This document shows positions 27,826 to 40,646 of a DNA stretch of 64,000 bases, piece after piece (position 1 is the first letter of the stretch; the number at the start of each line of letters is the position of its first letter). Position numbers and translations under genes: made by a program. The notes beneath the pieces are model-generated. The model had not been told where the DNA came from. It ran no database searches and saw only the letters and a list, made by a program, of their open reading frames with translations. The stretch covers positions 59,520,001 through 59,584,000 of the forward strand of contig CM060731.1 in assembly GCA_030704615.1 (NCBI GenBank), read 5' to 3'. This DNA comes from Takakia lepidozioides (lineage: Eukaryota; Plantae; Bryophyta).

Positions 27826-30800
27826 ATCATTCCTGATGTGACGTGGTCCGGACACGTCAGACGTCAAGTCGGCCGTCACGTCGGACGTGCGTCACGTTAC
27901 ATTGAATCCGGACGTTTACCCATGTAATTTTTTTAATATTTAACTTTTACGATTTACTTCTACCCTTTGTAATGACATGGCAGCCATGAAGTAAAACAGA
28001 CTTGGCCAATTATTAAAATTTATTAAAAAATACGTCCGCCCATATTAGCGGTCGCTTAAAAGTTATATTTTAAAAATCAAGCGACCACCCGTATTGGCAG
28101 TCGTTTGTAATTTATTATATTTTAGATTAAGTGACGGCCTATATTGGCCGTCGCTTGAAAATTATTATTTAAAAAAAATTAAGCGACCGCCCAGATTGGC
28201 AGTCGCTCGCAGTTTAAAAAATATTTAAAAAAATACAGCGACCGCCATTCGCCGGTCGTCGCATTTTTTTATTTTGATTCTAAAATTAAGCGACCGTCGT
28301 TTGGCGGTCGCTTCTTTAATTGTTATTAAAAAAAATGCCAAATGGCGGTCGCTTGTTTTGTTTTTTTAAATTTAGCGGCACTTGTTTAAGAAAAAAAAAC
28401 AATTAAATGAAGCGACTGCATTTACGGCAGTCGCTCCTTTAAAAAATATATATATGAAGCAACCGCCAATACAGTGGTCGCTTTTTTCTTTTTAAAAAAA
28501 AAATGAAGCGACCGCCACTACGGTGGTCGCTCATTTTTGTTTATTTATTTTAAAAATGAAGTGACCGCCATATTGGGATCGCTCTTTTTCACTTTAAAAA
28601 AAACTGAAGCGACCGCCATATGGGCGTCGTTCTTTTTCACTTCTTAAAAAACTGAAGCGACTGCCAATACGGCGGTCGCTACTTTAAGTTTTTTTTGTTT
28701 TTTGTTTTTTTTGTTTTTTTAAATTAAATAAATAATAAATAATAAATAATAAATATAAATAAATAAAATTAATTTATAAATAAATAAATAAAAACCAAAA
28801 TAATTAGTTAAATTCTAAAATAAGTTTTTTTAATAAAAAAATGAAGCGACTGCCCATACGGCGGTCGCTCTTCTTCGCTTTTTAAGAAAGTATGGGCGTT
28901 CCTTTATTTGTTTTTAAATTTAAAATTAAAAATTAAAAAAAAAGTTTTTTTAATTTCTTCCAAAAATGAAGCGACTGGCGGGCGGTCTTTTTCACTTTTT
29001 AAAAAACTGAAGCGACCGCCAATACGGCGGTCGCTCCTATAAATGTTTTTAAGATTTTTTTTTTAATATTTTAAAAAGTAAATGTTTTTAAAGAAAAAAA
29101 TGAAACGACCGGCCTATGGCAGTCGCTCTTTCTCGATTTTTAAAAAACTGAGGTGACCGCCATTATGGTGGTCGCTCCTTTAAGTTTTATTTAATTTAAA
29201 TAATTTTAATTTTAATTTTAAATTATTATTAAAAAAAAAAACTAATGCCAGTGCCATATGGCGGTCGCTCTTCTTCGCTTTCTAAGAAACTGAAGCGACC
29301 GCCAATTCGGCGGTCGCTCGTTTACGTTTTTTTTTCAATTTCTTTAATTTATATATATATTTTAAAATGAAACGACCGCCATTATGGCGGTTGCTCTGTT
29401 AAGTTTTTCTAAAAAGTGAAGCGACCGCATATGACGATTGTTCTTTTTTGTTTTTTAAAATGAAGCGATCGTCAATACGACAATCGCTCTTTTAGGTATT
29501 TGTTTTAAATGAAACGACCACCATATGGTGGTCGCTCTTTTTTGTATTTATAAAAGATGATGCGACCGCCCAATGACGATCGTTCTTTTTTGTTTAAAAA
29601 AAAATGAAACGATCACCTATACGACAACGACACGTTAGTTCCGAAAATTTTGTTACTTATGAACATGAAGTGGCTTCTGCTACGTGATGCTCCAGCCTCT
29701 TGGAACAACTCACACGTGTAGTCGCCTACTTTGCAAAGTCTTGGCGATCACTGCCTCCACCAAGTGGTTGATGAAGTCTTCGGAAAGCTCCATGGTCGCC
29801 GTTATCATATTCAATTGTCGGGGTTTCTGACACTTTTTGGCCATGCGCCTAGTCTCCCTGCAATTAAAGCACACCCCATCAAAGGTCGTCTTTTGCCCGA
29901 TATGTGTCGTCGCACCTATTTTTCATTTTGGAGCACCGGGTGCCGCCCTGACGTGCGAAGGCCCTCCCTTCGATCTCCAATTGTCATTGTCGCCGTGTGG
30001 CTTATCCCACTTCTTTTTCGACCGGAATCAATCACATTCTTGTCGGACCTTCTTGTGGTTCAACTCCGTACGGCCCTGTCTTTCGCCCATAAGAACATCC
30101 GAGAAGCATTCAACCCTTTCAATGGCCTCGTTCAAAGTCTTTTGTGGCCTCTCCTCCAACTTCCCATGGGGCCAGTCCCGCCACAAAGTTGAAGACTAGT
30201 TCTGGTTTCGCCATGTCCGCGACTTCAAGCAACAATACATTGAAAGCCTGAATATATCCTTAAATATCATCTGTTTGCTTCAAGTTCCTCATTTTGTCCC
30301 GGACAAGCCCAGACGCGTTGTTTTTTCATGAGTTCCTTGAACTTACCCCAACTCAAGGGCTCAGGGTTTGACCCTTGATTATTAAGACGCTTATGCCACC
30401 ATTGTTGAGCATAGCCTCTCAAATAGGTGGGAGCCACTTCCACCCGATCCTCGTTACTCAGTTTGGCCGCCCGGAAGTACTGCTCCAGCTCCAAGAGCCA
30501 GGTGTTGAGTGCCCTCCGATTTCGGACGCCGCCGAAAGTGTCGGGTTCCTTAGGCTTCACTTTAAACTTCGCCTTAGTTGAAGTGACATTAGCCGCCCTC
30601 ATCACGTCTTTCAACGTCCCGCCAAACTGCGACAGAAGGCCTTCCTAGAAAGTTGGTGGCATTAGCGGCATCTGTTGGACTGACGAGTCTCTCGGAAAGT
30701 CCTCAAGCTCCGACTCCCCAAATGTTTCTTGCTCTTGAGCGGCCTCGTTTTCAGAAGCCAGATGAGGGGTTATAGGAGCGTTCTGCAACGACCTCACAGA

Positions 30801-32203
30801 AATCACGGCAAAAACCCCCCCCTAGCCAATGGCCTCTTTCTCCACGTGACTACGTGTCGTGGAATAGTTATATGTCACGCACACATAAGTTGTGTGGAGA
30901 GGAAGTGAGGGGAGGATGAGTATCCCTTGGCTTATCTGCCCCCCCCTCTCTCTCAGTCTTCGGTCCATGCGTAAGGCACACCTTTTAGAAGCGACCGCCA
31001 CCATTGCGGTCGCTACATTTTAAAAAAACAACAAAAATACTGGCGGTCGCTCTATTTAAAAAATTAAACAATAAAAAAGACCGCCAGTAACGGCGGTCGC
31101 TCTATTAAAAAAATAAAAATAAAAGCGACCGCCATTACAGGCAGTCGCAGCATTTTCAGAAATTAAAAATATACAAGCGACCACCAGTAATGGCGGTCGT
31201 TCTATTTAAAAAAATAAAAATAAGAGCAACCGCCATTACTGGCGGTCAAAATATTTTCAGAAATTAAAAATATACAAGCGACCGCAGTAATGGCCGTCGC
31301 TCTATTTATAAATAAATAAAAAACAAAAGCGACCGCCAATAATAGCGGTCGGTTTTTTTTAAAAAAAAGTAAAGAAATGACCACCAATACTGGCGGTTGC
31401 TCTATTTAAAAAAAATAAAAATAAAAGCGATCGCCATTACTGGCGGTTGCTGCATTTTCAGAAATTAAAAATATACAAGCGACCGCCAGTAATGGCGGTC
31501 GCACTATTTAAAAAAAACAAAAACAAAAGCGACCGCCAATAATGGCGGTCGCTCTATTTAAAAAAATAAAAAATAAATGCGTCCGCCATAATTGGCAGTC
31601 GCTGTATTTTCTGAAGTTAAAAATATTTTTAATATTTTTAAAATAAAGTGACCGCCATATTATGGCAGACGTTGTTATTTTTGAATTAAAGCGACCGCCA
31701 TATTATGGTGGTTGCTGGTTTTTTTTTAAATATATTTAAAATATAGCGACCGCCATATTATGGCGGTCGCTTGCTTTTGATATATTATTGAAATTAAGCG
31801 ACTGCCAATTCTGACGGTCATTTGTTGTTTTATATATTTTCAAAATTATGCGACCGCCAATATGGAGGTCGCTATTTTTTCTTTTTTAAATTAGATGACC
31901 GCCAATGTGACTTCCAATTTTTTTTTTAATAATAATTTTTAAACGAACGCCATGTTGGCGGTCGTTCTTATTTCTAAAATTCAGAAATATAAAGCGACCG
32001 CCGGAATTGGTGGTCGCTTTCATTTTATTATTTTCCAAAATGTATTTGCCACCGCCACCGTGTCGACGACGTGGCTGCTTAAGTGACAATATTTTATTTG
32101 ATATTTTTTTTACTAGAATATTCCTGGAACCTGACTTGACGGATGTCCCGTCAGCGTCAGGTCTGACGTGACTTGACGCCGACTGACGGACGTGACACTT
32201 ATA
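27826..32203. mobile_element. Non-autonomous hAT-family element with two palindrome arrays and captured internal sequence
   Basis: Same GCGACCGCC/GGCGGTCGC arrays at about 28030-29630 and 30985-32020. The right end (about 32030-32203) aligns with the hAT end at 25320-25502, and the element interrupts an integrase ORF. No clean TSD. Confidence 0.75.
29635..30760 (-). pseudogene. Captured chromovirus gag fragment (same family as 14528-15780)
   Basis: TSTKAKFKVKPKEPDTFGGVRNRRALNTWLL closely matches the gag at about 14800; no LTR or pol flanks it. Confidence 0.85.
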
Positions 32204-33162
32204 ACCGAGTTGTGATCTTCAGGTGCGTTTGTTAGCCATGGGCTACAGGTTTAGCAAGCAAACATCACTTGCCTCATTCTCACCATATTTCATTTTCTTT
32301 GGCCGAGAGCCGGATTTGCCTGCATCTATTCGCAGGGAGGCTATAGTAGTCATCAACCTTGATGATCCGGATGTGTGGACACAAACATAAGCCCAACGTA
32401 CAGAGTTGTTCAAGAGAGTCATGCCTATGGCTTTTGAGAACCTTGCTATTGCCCAATACCGATACACACATTGAGGTATGTTACTATACATGGAGGGGGA
32501 TATCGGCCAGGTGTTCGGCGTTTCCACCCTGGGGACTATGTGTATCTGCAGCAGACAGCGCCTACGACTTTGGATGTCACAGCAGGACGTGTGATTCTAA
32601 GGGTCAGGAAGGTGTTGCCTTCAGGAGTGTTGATCTGGGAGGGTCGAGATGACATGGTATGGAATGACCATGTGCGCAATTGTGCACCATGTCACCTTCC
32701 ACATGTGGATAGGAGGATAGATCCCAACCTTGCAGTGATACCTGTAGGGTTGCGTTGCATGCTATGTGGGCATGCTAGTGGTGTTACCACTATGCTGGTG
32801 TATGATCGATGCTCAAGAGGCTGTCATATGGGATGCTTGACACCAACCTCTTGAGATGGTTCCTGATGGAGATTGGTTATGTCCACACTGCTTGGGATAG
32901 TGGCAGTGAATATGACTACTGGCAGCTAACAAGACATGAGAGGCCAAGCTCATAAGAGTCAATACCCGAGATCTCAGGCTCAAGTTCACAAGTTGCAAGA
33001 CGACGACTAACGATGGGGCAACTCTTGCACCCGACCTCTTGATCTATCGGCTTTGAGTGTTGTAGGGACAGTGGTGGAGGACTTAGTGAGACTACGGCCC
33101 CTATCACATCTTGTGGCTACCTAGACTTAGAGGGACCTAAGCACCAGCTAGGGGGGCAATTG

Positions 33163-33770
33163 TGATGGACTAGTGGCTGCACTAGTGGTGGACTAGTGAT
33201 AGACTAGTGTTTGGTGTGCATATGTGTTGTGTGGTTTTGGACAACGATGTAGTTGTGTAGCGATATGTAGGCGCATGACAACTGTCAAGTTATTTTACCA
33301 CTAGTGTGAAGTTAGCTAGGAAATAACTAGCTTTTATATATTGTTATTTTTGGACCCAAGTGTCAATCCACAGGCTTATGTATGTTTGGGCACCTGACGT
33401 GGTTATCTTCACGACAGATCGCGGTGGGCTCATCTTTCTCGAGTTGAGTCTCACCGCATCTAGCTATGGCGCCATAATGTGGATTCCCCATGGCGTGGGG
33501 TGCATTTGGCTCGACTTAATATATGTGTGATGTTTTCATGTGCAAGTGTGTGAGTTTGAGAGAGCTTGTGTGCTTGCATCCTTCATCTTTATCATTGTGA
33601 TGGACTAGTGACAGCCTAGTGGTGGACTAATGGCTGCACTAGTGGTGGCTAGTGGTTGTCTAGTGGTTGCCTAGTGGTGGACTAGTGATAGACTAGTGTT
33701 TGGTGTGCACATGTGATGTGTGGTTTTGGACAGCGATGTAGTTGTGTAGCGATATGTATGCGCACGACAA
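33163..33770 (+). repeat. 3' LTR of the PHD-integrase element (33163-33594) followed by a partial tandem copy
   Basis: PPT AGGGGGG at about 33150, TGAT...ATCA ends, and a second TGATGGACTAGTG start at 33598; ACTAGTGG repeats. Confidence 0.65.
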
Positions 33771-34011
33771 GACTTTTCAGCGACAACCAAGCCGCTATCC
33801 GTCTTGTGCAGAATTTTATCTTTCACCAGCGTACCAAACAGATTGCAACGAAGTATCACAAGATTCGAGATGCACAACAAAAATGGGAGATTGCTTTGAC
33901 ATATGTGTCTACTAAAGATTAGCTTGCAGATGTTCTTTCCAAACCTCTGCCTCGAGACAAATTCCAGCGTATTTGCTTCCGGGCTGGACTCACAGCAGCC
34001 CCTAACATATA
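33765..34011 (+). pseudogene. Ty1/Copia RNase H C-terminal fragment
   Basis: SDNQAAIRLVQN..FHQRTKQIATKYHKIRD...YVSTKD*LADVLSKPL. Confidence 0.85.
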
Positions 34012-34920
34012 AAGTAACGCACTGTGCTGAAGTTGGAGACTTGGTTGAGTCATCATAGTGTTGAGGGCAGCTACAGTGTGAGCAGAACCCGTGAGCACGC
34101 TCACGCTTTGCGTGGTAAATGTGAGCAGAATCCCTTAATCGTGAGCAGATTAGTGAAGTGGAGCCTACAACTGAGGGGAAAAGAGGGCCTATTAATGTGG
34201 ACGCAATCTCCTCTCCATCGGACCGAAGACAAACAGCCTCCATGACGACAATGTGGTATGAATGTGCAATGAAAAGCTGCCGGATGAATGAAAAAAAAGA
34301 AGGGATGAACATTGGATGAGTGTGGGATGAAACATTGGCCTGATGAGTGAACCATGGATGACTGTGTCGTGCACCTAAGCATCGTGCCACAACATACATC
34401 GCTGGCCACCACACATTCTAAGCACACAATCCTAGAAAACTATGCCACAATGATAAGAGATAAGAAATGAGAGAAGTGGAAGACAATGAAAACTCTCAAA
34501 GCATGACGCATTCACACCAAGAACAAGCCCTAATCTTTCCAAGTGAAATCCACTCTATCACATAAACTAAGTCAAGCCAAGGGCACCTTTGCTAAAGGAA
34601 TCCACCCTACAAAGCCCTCAACATACTCCATCTCAATACCTAGAGCTATGGAGGTGAGGCTCATGAAGGCTCAATTACAAGAAGATGAGCCCTCCTCAAC
34701 CCTCACAAGGGGAAAACCTATCCCCATGTCCCAAGTGAAGCTTGACACCTCACTTGATATATGAGATCAAATGAAATCCCAACACACCAAATACAAATAT
34801 AAATATCCAAAACGTCCTAATTAACTAGAAGTAGGTAATTCTCGTTAACCATGACTAAAACCATGACAACTGCAACAACATCTATCCTTACCGATCAATA
34901 TGTGAGCATGGAAACATGCA

Positions 34921-36532
34921 TTAAGCTGTCGTCAACGCCAACTTAATTTGCAGCCCCTGTCAGCACATGACAATTCTACCCATGAAAGAAAGAAATAACT
35001 CCCCAGGAAAAAACCTTACCCATAAGCATTTCTATGCAGGGAAGCATGCATTAAGGTGACGTCAACGCCAGCTTAATTCCGAGCAGGGGCACATGACATT
35101 TCAACACAGGGAAAAAAAAACCTTAGCGATAAGCATGTGTGTGCAGGGGCTGGGGATTAAGGTGTCGTCAACGCCATCTTAACCCTTAAGTTCCCAAGTG
35201 ACCTGAATCGGGTCACTTTGAATTTGCAGTTCGACCTAAATTTTGCAGATCTAATCTGATGGGGCCCACTCCTGAAGCTTTAATGACAAGGGATTTGTCT
35301 CGAGTATGATGCAAAAAACAAAAAACAAAAAAAACAAAATCTTCCACCTACAAAAAATATCTTAGATCTCTCATTTACGTTTTGGGGTCTGAAAAGGGCT
35401 TGTTGATTGCTGACGTGGCAGGTAAAGAAGCCCAAAACAAATTACACTCCTAAGGCCATTTTTGGCATAAAATTAGCAATTTTGGAAAAAACACTTCACC
35501 TTGTGGTATGTGAGCATTACATACACACATCCACCATTGGCTTTTAAAAAATTTGTAGAAAAAAAAGTACTTCATTTGGAGGCACATTTTCTCTTGTCAA
35601 TTTTGAGATTTCAACCCCCATGTAATTGCATGAATAGCAATCATAGGTGAAAAAATCAGTTGGACCTGCAATTTAGTGGGGTCATAGCCACTCCACTATT
35701 GATTTGGAAATGGTGGGTCTTGGGGCAAGCAAAATTGGATAAAGCTAGGTTTTGATTTGGTCAAACCAATTTCTTTCTCACTTTTTCTTTGGGACCGGGA
35801 TATTTGAGGTCCGGGCCAACACTATAATCTCACAATTTCCACAGTGGACTTGGCTCTTTTTTTGGTATGTCATGCATAAATGAGTTGGGCCCATTGCTAT
35901 AAGGCTGGAATCTCTGGATGATTTTCAGTAGGTTTCTAGGGGCAATTTACTGCAGCTGGGTACCCAAAATTGGTAAAAAGTCAAAAAATGACTTGGGAAC
36001 TTAAGGGTTAAATCCCAGCCCCTATTGGGCACATGAGAATTCAGCCCAATAGAACAAATTAAAACCAAAACCCAAAAATGTATGTGTCGTTGAGTTTAAA
36101 AATAAGTGTATTTTAATTTGGTAGGAGCTTAATTCCAGCCCAAAAGACCAGTCATTCGGAAAAAAAAAATTATTATTATTATTATTTTGGGTTGCTGCTT
36201 TTTTGTTTTTCAATAGCCTTCTGCTAGAGGGGTGGAGATTAAGCTGACGTCAATGCCATCTTAATCCAGACCCAGACAGACAGACCAGTAGAAAGACAGA
36301 CAGGGTTCTTGAGTGGTTTCTGCTTTTCTGTTTGTCAATTTCCTTGTGCTTAGAGGGGTGGAGATTAAGTTGGCGTCAACGCCATCTTTATCCAGACCCA
36401 GACAGACAGGTAAACAGACAGACACCACACAAACAGACAGACAGTGGACTCCAGTGGTTGCTTCTTTTCTGTTTTTCAATTTCTTTGAGCTTAGAGGGGT
36501 GAAGATTAAGCTGGCGTCAATGCCATCTTAAT
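34921..36532. repeat. Six spaced copies of a 26-bp palindrome TTAAGnTGnCGTCAACGCCAnCTTAA
   Basis: Copies at about 34921, 35051, 35157, 36239, 36365 and 36507. Confidence 0.8.
35183..36007. mobile_element. piggyBac-like non-autonomous element (825 bp)
   Basis: TTAA on both sides (35179-35182 and 36008-36011) and a perfect 17-bp TIR CCCTTAAGTTCCCAAGT. Confidence 0.8.
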
Positions 36533-36667
36533 CCAGACCCAGACAAGTAGCCATTCAGACATACAATTGCAATGACTCTCTGTGATGTGGTCGAGCAAAT
36601 TCAATCAGTGGAGATGGAACACAGGATGCAACATAAGAAGGTCACAGTTCAAGGGGTGTGACCGATC

Positions 36668-37030
36668 ATGGTCACTTTCATTAGCGGAGTCAATGTATGT
36701 ACCAACCTTGGATATATGGGGAAGGGCAAGCAAGTCCATGCTCATCTCATTCAAAAAACAGGAATTGCATCATACATCAGACATTATCACCTTTATTCCA
36801 CTTATCTTTGCTTGCAGTTATGTGGGACTACTGGTCATGGTGGAGGTTCTTGGCCGCCGGGGATATTGGATGAGGCAGGCGATTTGATTGCCAAACTGCC
36901 AATGGACCCAGACATGTTGGTGTAGGGGGTCTTGCTTCATGCCTATAGACTTCATGACAAAGTGGGGTTGGCACAACGTTGTGAATAAAGCCTTTCTAGA
37001 AAGGCATCCATAGGATGCCATAGCTTACGT
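36668..37030 (+). pseudogene. Heavily decayed PLS-E PPR fragment
   Basis: VTFISGVNVC..GKGKQVHAHLI; MVEVLGR.GILDEAGDLIAKLPMDPD. Confidence 0.7.
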
Positions 37031-38769
37031 GCACACTTCCCAAGTCATCATTCCTACTCAAAACATCAGCATTCCTGCCAACAAAAACCATTGTGTCCCA
37101 TGGGTAGAAAAGCTGATGCGCCGAGAAGGAACCCTCTTGTGAGATTGCTGCAGATGAAACCTGTTGGCCATCGTACACGGAAAGTAGCATCGCCCCCTCT
37201 CTCCTCCAAAGCAACTTCTTCCCCTCTTCAAGCCTTTTACCTTCCTTACGCGATAAGCGGAGTGGAATCAATATATTACATTCATCTACTCTACTTACAT
37301 CCAGATTTTTATCATATCACATTCATCCATCATTCATCCACTCACCAATCTTATTGCCAAGTCTTAGTCTCACTCCAGGAATACTAAGCCCCCATTTTCG
37401 ACAGTTAAGCCCTGCGGCAATAGGGCTTCTAGGAGTTGACGCACCGCGGTAATAGGCCCAACCCTAAATTCTAATTCCGAGGGAGCGTGAGCAAAATTCT
37501 GGTCACAATATTTTCTGCTCACAGGTTCTGCTCACGGAATAGCAATCGCTGAGTGGGAGTATTGGAGAATGCCATGTCAGCACTGTGAAACTCAAGCCAG
37601 GTGGAACTAGCCGTGGAGACATGGAATCATCAGCTAGCCTAACCTGGTTGTAGTGCACGTTAGCTGTGTGTGTAAGGCTGCTTTTTTTTGTAGTTATGGT
37701 AGTATTACCTGTCTGTGTGTGTCTGAGAGCTTAAGTATGCTCTGTACCTAGCCTGGTTTGGTATAGAGTTGTAACTCAACATATCTATGGTATAATATAT
37801 GTATTATGGTTGCTTGCAAAGCGATGGTGAAGTGTGTATGAAGCAGTTTACTTGTGTGAGCAGAGTGATAAAGAGTCTAGGTTATCTTGTAACACAATGG
37901 ATATCATCCAATATTATAATCAATGCCACCTAGATGCCATGTCATTTCTAATTTGGTCCGTGTTATAAGTCCAATATACTCTGCATCAACCAAACAAAAC
38001 CCATTGAGGTCGTCACAAACACTCTACACAAATACTGCAGATGTGAAGATTCTAGTGTGAAAATAAGCCAGCCATTCGCACTTTCATTTTGAGGGAAACA
38101 CTGACATAAGAGACAAGAGAGAGAAGGAGAGTATTTGTTATGGCCACAACAAGCCTGAAGAGGCCTTTGAGACCACATAAAGTTCCATAGAAATGAAGTG
38201 ATACTTTATATGGTCGAAGAGAAAGAAATAAACATCTTAATGTTAATGTCCATAGATTGTACTCATAAGACGTTGTTTGCCGTAGCCTTGTGGCCATTGA
38301 CCCCGTTAATGTTAATGTCCATAGAGAGAGTCAGAGAGAAAAGGAATTACTTACATCCACTGTCATCTCTCTCTATGTACTCAAAGCACATTACGGTGAA
38401 TCCAGAGATCCCAAAACATAATACAAAGCACCCTAACATGTTTCTATACATAATGTCTAGTTTTGTTTTTTTAGAGAAGAGGGACGGAGTCCTCAAAACT
38501 TTATAAAAATTGGGACATGAATAGTTAGGGCCCTACCTGTAGTTAGGGCTCTACAGATACAAAGCACCCTAAACAGAAGTATGAAAAAACATAAATAAGT
38601 CAAATAATTTAAGGGAAAAATTGAATGATGCACATATCGAATTCTATAAATTATGTAATTGAAATGGAAATAATAATCATCATTTTAGGGGTCCCTCTCT
38701 ATCGACATTCTGATCAGTTTGTCCACTCTGTCAGAAGTTGAGCGAGTATCATGGAGATACACAAGAATC

Positions 38770-39036
38770 CGGGAGGTGGGGTCTTGGATTAGAGGTGGTT
38801 TGATAGGCGTTGGGGCGTTTGGGAGGGTGAGCCTTGCATTGAACAGAGACGATGGGGGGATTTTTGCTGTCACGTCCATTGAGTGGAGTGACATGGATGC
38901 CAGTGCCAATAATTGTTTGAAATTTATGGTGAGGCAGCCCACCCAGCAGCAGCCGTGCAGCCGCATAGCACGTTGGATAGTCGTGCGTTCTTCTCCGAAT
39001 TCTTGCGGCAAACACTTGCCGAGTAGAGAGATGTAG
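38770..39036 (+). pseudogene. MAPKKK (NPK1-like) kinase N-lobe fragment
   Basis: SWIRGGLIGVGAFGRVSLALNRDDGGIFAVTS; the catalytic Lys is lost and no downstream kinase motifs are present. Confidence 0.65.
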
Positions 39037-39591
39037 TAATAGAGAGCCGGTGACTACACTGTGGTGCATGGCATTCAGGGGCCATGTAGGACCACTAAGT
39101 TACTGGTCTTTGGCTTTCATGATCAGCTTTAGATTTTCTAGCACAAAATACTGGTGACCAAATCAGGACGTGGCAGTAGGGTGATAGTAGAATAGTTTGA
39201 CACTTGAACAATATTTGTAAGTTATCATTTATCTGTTGGCAGCTTGTGGCCTTGTTCAGCATTAGTTGAACCAACTAATATGTGCTTTTAGCACACTCAA
39301 GTTTGAGGTGCCACTCAAGGTATGGGAACAAGATCCCAAGTTTGAACTGCAATATTCAATAGCAACTAGACACTTGCTCTATGTAATCCTAGACTATTCA
39401 TGTCCCAATTTTATAAAGGATTGAGGCCTCTGTCCCTCTTCTCTAAACTCTTGAGTGTTATTGTTTCACTGAGCACTCAAATGGGCTGTTGGGAAAACAG
39501 GCCCTGCAACTTGAGGGTTTAGTACCTGAATGTGTTGTTGGGCCTTCTTTAGACCACCTAATGGATGTTTCTAGCAAATAACGTTCTATCT

Positions 39592-39594
<3 letters not shown>

Positions 39595-39640
<46 letters not shown>

Positions 39641-39649
39641 TTTTTTTTT
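39595..39649. repeat. (AT)n microsatellite plus T-run
   Basis: Direct inspection. Confidence 0.95.
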
Positions 39650-40646
39650 GATTTCTACGAAACAGGGGACAGAGGCCCTAAGATAATATGCTTCCGAACA
39701 TACAAGTTAGATTAGATTACATTATCTTTATGTAAGATTTGTAATTGAAAAGATTCTCAGTCAATGGGGTCATCCTCCTATAAAAGAAGTTGGATCTGCT
39801 AGTTTGTTTGCTGCACTTTTATTAATATTGATTCAACATGATGTACCAATATCTTCGCCACAAGTTTTTGGGTCCAAATTTGAGATATTGGACTGTTACT
39901 AGAAGCCAAAGATTGAGAAAAGAGATTCAGTTTGTTTGAAGTGGATATTTAGGAGAGCTTTGTCATCAGCACCTCAAGTAGTTATTGAGAATATTAGGGG
40001 TCACGCCAGCAATTCCCCGGACAATAAGCAGTATGAAACCATGCATAATTATTTACTATACAATTGTTCCATACACGCTTCTCCCAATCTGGTCTTGAAC
40101 TGTAGGCAATTGTGTTCTGAAGTGGGTTGAGTAGGTGAACTCTGTCCCCCAACCTTGAACTCCAACATGCACAAACCGATGTTTATAAGTGAGGGAGTCA
40201 TGCAAATTAATTCATGCAGCATCAATCAATAAAAGCACACCCAAACACCATTACAATCACTATGTGAACTTTCAAGTGGCCACCATGGGATTGGATCTTG
40301 GTCGGTTAAGGCTAGCCTTCGACAAGTTTGTCAAGGGCTCTACCTGATGCACCACCACGAGACACTGTCCAAATTTAAGATGTTGAACAAGCTTGTGCAC
40401 AGGGCTGCCCCACTAACCAAGCTCATTCCGGATCATATTCACTTCCAACTCCAACAAAGATTTGGAGAAGATCCACCATCCCAAGAATTAGGACAGCATT
40501 CTGATTTCCTTTCCTGTGGATATGCCACCGGAAATGCCCTCAACAGTCTCATGGTCAATATTCTCAGGAAATGGTGGAGGAACTGAGTAGCTACACAGAT
40601 CAATGAATGAAGCAAGACACTTGCACCTTTCCAGAAAAACATCGTT

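Larger units (their letters stand above)
27430..32900 (+). pseudogene. Gypsy integrase with C-terminal PHD finger, split by the 27826-32203 insertion
   Basis: 27430-27825 reads WSLDFAGPLP, TDQGREF, ADGLTERVVQTVKRGL. 32231-32900 reads LAMGYRFS..FSPY..FGREP and then CMLC...YDRCSRGCHMGCL...VPDGDWLCPHC. Confidence 0.85.

Noticed and set aside
24575-32020. CRISPR array
   Set aside because: Eukaryotic context, no cas genes, low-complexity spacers and variable repeats; explained as transposon subterminal repeats.
27818-32211. 8-bp TSD CCCTAGTT / ACCGAGTT for the Pack element
   Set aside because: Only 6 of 8 match and unexplained bases follow, so not relied on.
34075-34880. Solo or Copia LTRs (also around 37480-37900)
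   Set aside because: LTR-like composition, but no confident termini, pairing or TSD.
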